Shown: in pieces, positions 1-7,500 of the stretch
How positions within the stretch are numbered: the first letter of the stretch is position 1
Layout of the letters: each line of letters begins with the position of its first letter
The notes under the pieces: model-generated
What the model was told of the DNA's origin: nothing
What the model saw: only the letters and a program-made list of their open reading frames with translations
Database searches by the model: none
Program-made: the position numbers and the translations under genes
Assembly: GCA_027314915.1 (NCBI GenBank)
Contig: DAHUZZ010000003.1
Location: 64,815-128,814 of the forward strand
Source: Thermoplasmata archaeon
GTDB taxonomy: Archaea > Thermoplasmatota > Thermoplasmata > Lutacidiplasmatales > UBA184
DNA: 64,000 bases
Direction: 5' to 3'

Positions 1-159
1 AGCTCGCCCGACCGGTAGGGGGATCGGTTCTTCCTACTTGCGTCGGGCACGGGAGGAAGGCAGGCAGTACGGGCCAAAGAACCCGCCGTCCGGTACGACT
101 TCTGCCTCTACCGCCCGGAATAGGCAGCACCACCGGGGGATGCCCGATCACCCGAGCAC

Positions 160-741
160 CTAGCTCGAGGTCGAAGCAGGGGCCCGTACAACAGTGTAGA
201 CGGTACGGACAGCGTCACGCCGCACACTGAGGGCGTAGCCGCGCTCTCGGGCGAGGGCCATGATCGCTTCGAGATCGGCTCGTGTTAGGCCGCCCCAAGT
301 CAGCCTTGACCGTTCGATGGTGAGGAGACCTGCGTCGGACTGCGCTTGGTCGTCTTGGCGTCTTTCGATGAACCTGAAAGTACGCGCCAGCACATTCCAA
401 CTGATATCTGGCTCGTACGGCAGAGATCGTCCTGTCCGCGCGCTCCTCTGATGGACCCGGATGCCGTCCGTCGCGATGGTGATTCTTTCGGGGTAAGCGG
501 CAGTAAACGTCCACACGATCGTGACGAACCCAAGAGATAGGAGAAGCGCATACAGCAACTCCAGCAGTGTCCACAGGTACCTCTCGAAGCTGCTGGGACC
601 TCCGAACGGAGCGACCGACCAGAGGTACAGCGTCATGGCCCCGCTGATCAAGAGAATGGCGGCCAGGATTCGTGCCGTCCGTCGGCGCCCCGCTCCGGCC
701 AACCACACGATCTGACTCGCGGGCCATACCTCGACCTCCAT
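160..741 (-). CDS. Hypothetical membrane protein (two N-terminal TM helices plus soluble C-terminal domain)
   Basis: 193-aa ORF. Hydrophobic segments ILAAILLISGAMTLYLW and LLELLYALLLSLGFVTIVW. Balanced composition, unlike the overlapping Arg/Pro-rich frames. No recognisable family. Confidence 0.5.
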   Translation of the reverse strand: MEVEVWPASQIVWLAGAGRRRTARILAAILLISGAMTLYLWSVAPFGGPSSFERYLWTLLELLYALLLSLGFVTIVWTFTAAYPERITIATDGIRVHQRSARTGRSLPYEPDISWNVLARTFRFIERRQDDQAQSDAGLLTIERSRLTWGGLTRADLEAIMALARERGYALSVRRDAVRTVYTVVRAPASTSS

Positions 742-1037
742 GTGCGGGAATCCGGTCGAGTCCCTGATAAGTTCTCGGTCTCACGGGCCCGCAGACCGAG
801 GGCAGCTCCCGCACGCGTCCCGATCGCGACGAAACGCCTCGACGCAACCCATAGTAGTACGACGGGGTAGGGGCTATTGGATGGGACGACCGCTGCTCGC
901 TCACGGCGTCCTCGCGATCGCCGTGAATGTGGTGCCTCGCTCCCTAGCGGGTTCGGGTTGATCGTGTAGACTCCGCCCGGGCAACGTGGCGGCGGGCGTC
1001 ACCGCTCGTGGTTGAAGGTGCGACTCCCAGCGGGGCG

Positions 1038-3053
1038 CTACCGCTTCGGAGGCCCCGGGACGGGGATCGCGGGGGCTACGACGAGGGCGCGGGCGTGGAG
1101 ATCGCGAAGGGTCTGGCTCCGGAGTTGGGCCACAGCGGCGTCGAGCCCGATCCCCGTCACGAGCCTGACAAACCGGCCCCGTCCCAGGATCGGGAACGCT
1201 GCGTGTCCGCCCTGGTCGGCGTGATGATCCGCGCCTGGACAGGGCGCGGTCTTGCCGAGACCAGCGGGGGGCACGGTCCGCTCCGCCCGCGCGCGCCCCC
1301 AAGACCGGATGAAGTGCTTGCCGGTCTCGTTGAAGACGGCCGCGATCCGCGCCCACCAGTGCGCGGTGGCGGGCTTGGGGAAGAAGCGCAGGATCGAACT
1401 GCACGCCTCGGTGAGGAACCGGCGGGCGTCGTCGGGGCCTGCTGCAGGGCGGATCGGTCGGGTACGGATTCCGTCGACGGTCGCCTCGGTCCAGGGGAGC
1501 TGCGTCTTCCGGCGGAACCGCTCGCGGGGGACGTCGGTCAGGACGACGACGACGTCGGAGCGCGGAGAGGAGTAGTATGTGGTAAACCCGTCGAACCCCC
1601 CGGGGATCCGGTGGAGGTCCTCGGCGGCGTCCTTGGAGAGCTCGCGGTGGGAGGCGAGCGCCAAGGCGCGGCCGATGGGCTCCCCCGCGGCCTGGTCGAT
1701 CGGGACGACGCGCGGGCGCTCGAGCGTGTAGATGAACTTGGGCGAGGCGCGGGAGAGCCAGGGCGCGGCTTCGAACAGGCGCTGGGCGAGCGTCCAAATG
1801 AACGACTTCGGGTCGACCCTCCAGATCGCGGGGTCCGCGGCGGGGATCGCGTTGACGAGGACGCCGCACGGCTTCCCGTCGACCGCCGGGCGCCGGTCGC
1901 GGAGCGGGACGAATCCGGGGACGGGGTAGAGGCGGTCCTCGCGCAGGCCGTAGATCGCCTCGGCGACGGCGTCGCGGGGGAACGCGCAGCCGTCGGGCGG
2001 GGCCGGCCCGAGCTTCCGGAGGGCGTGTTCCGCCCACGTCCCTACCCCGCCGGCGGACCGGAGCTGCGCCTCGAGGTTGATCTGGTTCCGGCTCCGCGTG
2101 GGCGTCGGCGCCGGGCTTTGGAGTCGGTCCCACACCTGGTCGCGGAAGTAGGCGGCCCCGCGCCGGTCCGAGGGGGTCTTGGTGTGGGGGGACCGGAGGA
2201 CCACTCCGAGCGCGACCTCCGCCGTGATGCCGGCCGCCTTGAGGGCGCGGACGATCGTCCACTCCGTGAGGGACCGGTCGACCGATCCCCCCGGCTGCCG
2301 GATCCCGTCGCGGAAGGCAACCGCCGCGTAGGCCGGGAGGGCGGCGATCGCGGTGTCGACCTGGACCGAGGGCGCGGGCGAGCCGATCCGGGTCTTCGCG
2401 ATCCGCCCTCCCGTCTGGGCCCTCCACGGCTGCAGACGGTCGAAGAGCGCTGCGAACTCCTCCTGGTTCTTGTCCAGCTCGCCGGGTGCGGGGTCCCGGA
2501 ACCAGAGCAGGGCGTAGTCCGGACGGACGTACATGCGCCCGGGCTTGGGCGGTTCAAGCCTCTCGTAGAGTCTACTCGGCGGGATCACCGAGTTCCGGCA
2601 GCCGCCCTCCGGCCCGATCGAGTAGAGCTCGACGGCGTACCCGCCTACCTGCACGGCCTGGCCGTCGGACTCGTAGAGCGTCGACGAGACGAAGCCGTAG
2701 CGGAACCCGCCGGTCGGCGTCTCGATGCCGATGAACGCGTGGGCCTCGGCGAACCGCCTGATCCGCGCGGACCGCTCGACCATCTCCGGGGTGCGCTCGG
2801 GCCCCGGCACGTGCCCGATGTCGTCATCGATCCAAACGGTCCCGGTCCCGATGGCCGGGTCCATCCGGGGCGCCGGGCCGCTGCGGACGCCCACGTTCCC
2901 GCCTTGCAGGATGTGGTTCCTGACGGTGGACCACTCCGGGTCGTAGTGGGGATCGGCCCAGCCGAGGCGCGTGATGGCCTTCCTGCCGGCGCGGACCTCC
3001 AGGAGCGGGATCCCGAGGCGATGCAAGCGCTCGGGGACCGAGAGGTCGGTCAC
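1038..3053 (-). CDS. Primase-polymerase-like (AEP superfamily) replication protein of a mobile element
   Basis: 671-aa ORF. The N-terminal ~170 aa resemble a prim-pol domain (acidic VWIDDD, TPTGGFRYGF, GGYAVELYS...VIPPS). GTG start in a GTGA overlap with the upstream small ORF. The motif II histidine is not evident, so the call is tentative. Confidence 0.5.
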   Translation of the reverse strand: MTDLSVPERLHRLGIPLLEVRAGRKAITRLGWADPHYDPEWSTVRNHILQGGNVGVRSGPAPRMDPAIGTGTVWIDDDIGHVPGPERTPEMVERSARIRRFAEAHAFIGIETPTGGFRYGFVSSTLYESDGQAVQVGGYAVELYSIGPEGGCRNSVIPPSRLYERLEPPKPGRMYVRPDYALLWFRDPAPGELDKNQEEFAALFDRLQPWRAQTGGRIAKTRIGSPAPSVQVDTAIAALPAYAAVAFRDGIRQPGGSVDRSLTEWTIVRALKAAGITAEVALGVVLRSPHTKTPSDRRGAAYFRDQVWDRLQSPAPTPTRSRNQINLEAQLRSAGGVGTWAEHALRKLGPAPPDGCAFPRDAVAEAIYGLREDRLYPVPGFVPLRDRRPAVDGKPCGVLVNAIPAADPAIWRVDPKSFIWTLAQRLFEAAPWLSRASPKFIYTLERPRVVPIDQAAGEPIGRALALASHRELSKDAAEDLHRIPGGFDGFTTYYSSPRSDVVVVLTDVPRERFRRKTQLPWTEATVDGIRTRPIRPAAGPDDARRFLTEACSSILRFFPKPATAHWWARIAAVFNETGKHFIRSWGRARAERTVPPAGLGKTAPCPGADHHADQGGHAAFPILGRGRFVRLVTGIGLDAAVAQLRSQTLRDLHARALVVAPAIPVPGPPKR

Positions 3054-3256
3054 GGCGCCCCCGCGGTCTTGATGTAGTAGCTCGACGGGGCCTTCGGGTC
3101 CCGGCAGTGGCTGGCCCTCGAGCCGTCACCCTTGCCGTGGTGGTGGATCGACCCGCACCATGGGCACCGGAAGCTGGCGAACCCGTCGCGATCCCGTTGG
3201 ACGAAGACGACCGGGAGGGCCGCGTCACCGATCACGGCCGCGCCTCCCTGCCGCAC
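3050..3256 (-). CDS. Small zinc-ribbon protein
   Basis: CPWCG...HHHG...HC cysteine/histidine spacing. An alternative GTG start at 3235 gives a GTGA overlap with the stop of ORF 3232-3525. The stop overlaps the primpol start (GTGA at 3050-3053). Confidence 0.45.
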   Translation of the reverse strand: MRQGGAAVIGDAALPVVFVQRDRDGFASFRCPWCGSIHHHGKGDGSRASHCRDPKAPSSYYIKTAGAP

Positions 3257-3525
3257 GTGCAGGAGCCGTGCGGTTCCTCGAAGAGGTGGATCTTCGGACT
3301 GCAGGTCAACGGGCGCGAGGGATCATCGAAGGCCTCGACGACGCGTGGCCGGGGTTCGTGTACTCTAGCCCCGGGCGGCCGAGCGAGCGCTCGGGCGGCT
3401 TCATCGCGATCGTGCTGTCGTTGGCGGCGCTCCCCGTCGCGGCGGAGATCGCGCCGGCGCCGGACCGCAGCGAGAACGTTCCGGTGGCGCAGCTCCGCTT
3501 TGGGCCGGGGCAGGCGGCCGGTCAT
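3232..3525 (-). CDS. Hypothetical Arg-rich small protein
   Basis: 97-aa ORF linked to neighbours by an ATGA overlap (3522-3525) and a GTGA overlap (3232-3235), which suggests translational coupling. Composition is extreme (Arg-rich), so it could be a shadow ORF. Confidence 0.3.
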   Translation of the reverse strand: MTGRLPRPKAELRHRNVLAAVRRRRDLRRDGERRQRQHDRDEAARALARPPGARVHEPRPRVVEAFDDPSRPLTCSPKIHLFEEPHGSCTCGREARP

Positions 3526-3737
3526 GCGACTGCCCCCCCGATCTGGCGCACGGGCACCCGGGGCGCGGCGATCGAGATGGCCCAGGCGTCCGCCTCAGGA
3601 TGGGTGTTCCGGGCGTGCGCGCGCAGGCGGGCGCGGGACGTAAAGCATCGAGGCGGCGGACCGCCGCAGATCGGGCACAGGACCCTCGAACCGCCGCCAA
3701 CTCCGCGGTCGCTCTGGCGAACGCCGCGGGCGCTCAC
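3522..3737 (-). CDS. Small C2H2-like zinc-finger protein
   Basis: 71-aa ORF with CPICG...RLRAHARNTH (Cys-x2-Cys...His-x4-His). The spacer is longer than the canonical C2H2. This type is common in archaeal viruses and plasmids. Confidence 0.5.
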   Translation of the reverse strand: MSARGVRQSDRGVGGGSRVLCPICGGPPPRCFTSRARLRAHARNTHPEADAWAISIAAPRVPVRQIGGAVA

Positions 3738-3809
3738 GGGCAGCCCCCGGTTGACCCCTCATGGAGGCGGAATGGATGCGTTGAACGGGGTATTACCCCA
3801 AAAAGTAGG

Positions 3810-3914
3810 TGCTCCCGGCGGGAGTTTCCCCGCGAAGGCGGTCGGCCTTCGCGGCTTTGAACCCGCGTCAGAGGCTCGAGAGGCCTCTATCCTTGACCAC
3901 TAGACTACGGGAGC
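3810..3914 (-). tRNA. tRNA-Glu (anticodon CUC) with a 32-nt intron in the T-loop (approx. position 59/60); CCA not encoded
   Basis: Minus-strand read: GCTCCCG-TA-GTCT-AGTGGTCAA-GGAT-A-GAGGC-CTCTCGA-GCCTC-TGAC-GCGGG-TTCAAA-[GCCGCGAAGGCCGACCGCCTTCGCGGGGAAAC]-T-CCCGC-CGGGAGC-A. Removing the bracketed 32 nt restores a canonical GCGGG/TTCAAAT/CCCGC T-arm and a perfect 7-bp acceptor stem. The intron holds a 10-bp hairpin (CCGCGAAGGC/GCCTTCGCGG). Confidence 0.8.
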
Positions 3915-4050
3915 GCCGAGCGCGGGGTAGCGGGGCCGCTCTTTGAGGCTTTCGGAGTTCTTCGCCGCGGCGCGCCCGGCGCTGGGAGCTCGCCCGGGCG
4001 AGGGGACGAAGCCTCCCGGACGGTGCGTCCGTAATGCTTAGTAGGTTCAC

Positions 4051-4536
4051 GTGCTAGGAAGCGTAGTGTCGCCTCCGGTCAAGGCCCGCAGCGGCCACAT
4101 CATCCTGGACGCGCGCGGGTCCTACAAGGATCTGGTGCGGGCCTACCCCGAGATCCACAAGCGCGTGGTCGAGGCGAACCGGCCCTTCCTCAAGGAGACC
4201 GAGCCGCTCCTGCCCGAGGTCCTCCTCGAGGAGAACCTCCGGGACATCCGGGCGAACCGGAAGCCCGCGGGCTACAACCGGCAGGACGCCGCGGGGATGC
4301 GGCTGGTCTTCCCGATCCCGGCCGAGCGACGGGCCGAGTTCTACTTCCTCAAGCCGGCCCGATGCCAGGAGGTGGTCCAGATCACCGAGCGGGTCTCCCA
4401 GCTCCTGCGCCGCCGCGGGATCAAGCACTCCGTCGAGTACGACCGGTTGCCGCTCGGCCCGCCGCGCGCCATCCCGGGACTTCCCCTGCCCGTGCCGACC
4501 CCCATCGGTCCGGGGTCGTACCTTCCGCCCCCCTGA
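4051..4536 (+). CDS. Hypothetical protein
   Basis: 161-aa ORF (GTG start) with normal composition including K/I/Y/F. AT-rich island GTAATGCTTAGTAGG just upstream. No family recognised. Confidence 0.6.
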   Translation: MLGSVVSPPVKARSGHIILDARGSYKDLVRAYPEIHKRVVEANRPFLKETEPLLPEVLLEENLRDIRANRKPAGYNRQDAAGMRLVFPIPAERRAEFYFLKPARCQEVVQITERVSQLLRRRGIKHSVEYDRLPLGPPRAIPGLPLPVPTPIGPGSYLPPP

Positions 4537-4545
4537 ACGGGGAGC

Positions 4546-7500
4546 TCACGCCCGGGTGTCGGCGCGGGCCGGCGGGACCCCGTCGGGGCCGTCCCCGCCA
4601 TCGACCTTCTGGATCGCCTCGTGCAGCAGCCGGAGCGCCTCCCGCGCCTTCTCGAGGGCGGGTCCGTAGTCCGTGGCCCGGAGCCGGACCGACTCCGAGA
4701 GGCATTTCCTCGCCTCCGCGGTATCGATGCGGCGCTCGACGGCGCGCCCCAGCGCGGCATCGACCAGGAAGTGGAGGTTCGTGAGCTCGCGGTGGAGCGC
4801 CTTGCGGCGGTTCAGCTCCTCCTCCACCTCCAGCAGGGCCCGGCCCGCCTCGACGGCGGCCCCCTCGGCGAGCCGCTTCCGGGCGAACTCGAACTTCTCG
4901 GCGGCGGGGCCGAGCGTCACGTGGAGCCCCTCGCGCGCGAAGATGAGCTCCGTCTCGACCTCCCGGAGCTTCTCGTCGAGGCGGCGCGTGACGAGCGTCT
5001 CGAGGGTGGCCTCGCCCTTCTCGACCAGCTTCGCGACGCCCTCGAGCGTGCCCGATTCGAGCGCGAGCTTCGCCTCGCTGAAGAGCTCCATCACGGGGGT
5101 CGTGTCGAGGCTGATCTTCTCCCCGATGAGGAGCCGCTCCTTGAGCTCGGCGATCTTCCGGGCGAGCTCGGTCTTGACCCGCTCCCGGGCGTGCGCCTCC
5201 TCCTCCCGGAGGAGGTCGAGCGCGACCGTGAAGTTCCGCTCGGCGCGCTCCGCCCGGATCCGCTCGGCGAAGGCGGCCCGGTGCGTGGTCTCCGGCTCGG
5301 GGGGCGCGGCCACCAGGCTGTAGACCACGTGGAGCGAGCGCTCGGCGGACTGGACCGCCCGGTCCAGCGCGAGGTAGGAGCGCTCCCGGCCCCGGGCGAG
5401 CGTCTCCGAGGCGCGCTTCCAGTCCCGGATCTTGACGGCCGCCTCGGCATCCTGCCGGGCGGACCGGACCGCGACGGCGTCCTCCTCCGAGCCGGCGGAC
5501 CGGACGAGCTCGCCCAGCTCCTGCAGCTCGGCGAGGGGGCCGGCGTAGAGCCGCTCGATCGCCCAGCGGGCCGCGTCGCCGGCCTCGAGGGACTGGCGCA
5601 TGGACCGATCGTACTCGCCCGCCTTGAGGAAGACGCGCGCGCGCTCGAGGAGCGGGAGGACATCGGTGAGCTCCGCGTTCATCTCGCCGGCCTCGCGGAT
5701 CGCCCGCTCCGCCGACTCGAGGCTGTCCCGGCCGCGCCGCTCGAGCTCGGTCGCGGCGGCGAGCGCGTCGCTCGCGGCGAGGCACCGCTCGAGCACGCGG
5801 GGGAACTCCCGGGCCCCGAAGGCCGCGCGGGCCTCCTCCAGCGCCTGGACGGAGGCGGGCGCGTTGAGGCCCGTCCGCTGGGCGGCGCGGAGGCGGTGGT
5901 CGAGCCGCTCGAGCGAGGAGCTCGCGATCTTGAGCTGCAGCTCCGCCCGCTCGAGCTCCCCCTCGCTGCGGGCCGCCAGCGTGAGCGCTTCCATCGGCTC
6001 CCCGGCCTCGAGGGCGGTCCGCGCCTGTTCGAGCAGATTCTCGGCGAGCGCGGTGAGGGCGCTCTCCTTCCGGGCCGCCGCGAGCGTCCCCTGGAAGGTG
6101 GCGAGCGTCTTCGCGACCTGCTGCCGGATCGCCTGGGCGATCTCGCGCTCGAGGTGGGAGGCCTGCTCGATCACCCGGGCGTAATCCCGCTCGGAGAGGT
6201 GGCGCTCCACCCGCTCGAGCCGGGGGCGGAACGGCCGGACGTCGACACGGACGATCTCGGCGCGGTTGAGCTCCTCCCGGGCGCGCTTCGTCGCGCGCTC
6301 GGCGTGCTCGAGGAAGCCCTTGGTCTCGAAGAACTTGGCCCGACCCGCGTCGAGGAGCTCGGCGACGCCGACGGGGATCGGGGCGGCGAGCTTCCGGCGG
6401 ATCTCGCCCAGCGACTCGGCGGCGTGCTCGACATCGAGGGGCACGGTGCGGGCGATCTCGACGTCGCGTTCGAGGCTGCGCAGGTTCTCCTCCAGGACGG
6501 GCCGGAGCTTCGAAACGAGCTCGGTCTCGAGGGCGCGGGCGCGTCCCCACGCCTCCTCCGGCGCCGGGGAGCCGAGGGTGTCCCGGATCCCTCCGATCCG
6601 CCCGGGGAGCCCCTCGACGGGGAGACCGAGCCGCCCGAGGTCCTCGACCATCAGGTCGCAGTCGTCGAGGCACCGCGCACCCTCGAACCGGGCCTGCTCG
6701 CGGCCGAGCGCGGCGCGCAGCTCGTCGACGAGACGGGCCGCGCGCTCGAACTCGAGCCCTTCGCAGGCCGTCCGGGCCAGCGCGATCTGCTCGGCGTAGG
6801 GCTGCACCGGCGCCCCGGAATCCTTGAGGGATTCCCACTGCTCGGTGGCCGCGCGGATCCGGTCGAGGATCGCCTGGGCGGTGGTCTTGAGCTTGGCCGC
6901 CGAATCGAGCGTCTTCTGGGCGGAGCGGTACGACTCGGGGTACAGCCCCTCCCGGGCACTGCCCTGGGCCGCCTCGAGGCTCGCCTTCAGCGCCGAGGGG
7001 TCGAGACCCATCTTCGAGAGCTCGACCAGGGCGAGCTTGGCATGCGAGATCGCCTCCTCGCTGCGGAGGAGCTGCTGGGTGTGCGCCCGGCTCCGGATAT
7101 CCTGGGCGGCCCGGAACGCCTTCACGAAGTCGCCCATGTTGAAGATCTGCTGGACCTCGTCGATCTGCCGCTGGATCTCCTCCCCGCTGCCGCCCATCTC
7201 GGTGAGGACCCGGAGCTCCTCCTCGAGGCCGTCCACGAGGCTCGAGGCGTGCTGCGCCGAGACCACCGAGAACTCCCGCTCGGCCCGCCGGAGGGTGTCG
7301 AAGGCCCCCTTGAGGTCCTCCTTCACCCGGAGCCCGACGTCGGCGTCCGCGAGGAGCCGCCGGACCGGGTCCACGAGCGCGCCGTCGGGGATCTCCGCGA
7401 GCCCCTTGGAGATCTCATCGAGCCGGTTCGCAAGATAGGGCTGGGCGGCGGTGCGGAGCTCCACCTGGAGCCGCGCGCAGGCGGTCGCCGCCTCGGGGAT

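Larger units (their letters stand above)
1..3809. mobile_element. Putative integrated plasmid/virus-like element or remnant lying directly 3' of tRNA-Glu; left end not defined in window
   Basis: Co-oriented minus-strand cluster typical of archaeal extrachromosomal replicons: a primase-polymerase-like 671-aa protein and small Cys-rich zinc-finger/ribbon proteins with 4-nt start/stop overlaps. It ends about 70 nt from the 3' end of a tRNA gene. Bases 1-1000 look less GC-rich. No integrase and no att direct repeat found in the window. Confidence 0.35.

Noticed and set aside
1150-1290. GLGKT sequence near the C-terminus of the 671-aa protein as a helicase Walker A
   Set aside because: It does not fit [AG]x4GK[ST]. 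Only ~75 residues follow, too few for a P-loop domain. It is at most a vestige.
901-3077. Long ORFs 901-2427 (-) and 1008-3077 (+) overlapping the primase-polymerase-like gene
   Set aside because: They are Arg/Pro/Gly-dominated low-complexity translations with no motifs. They are shadow frames of 1038-3053.
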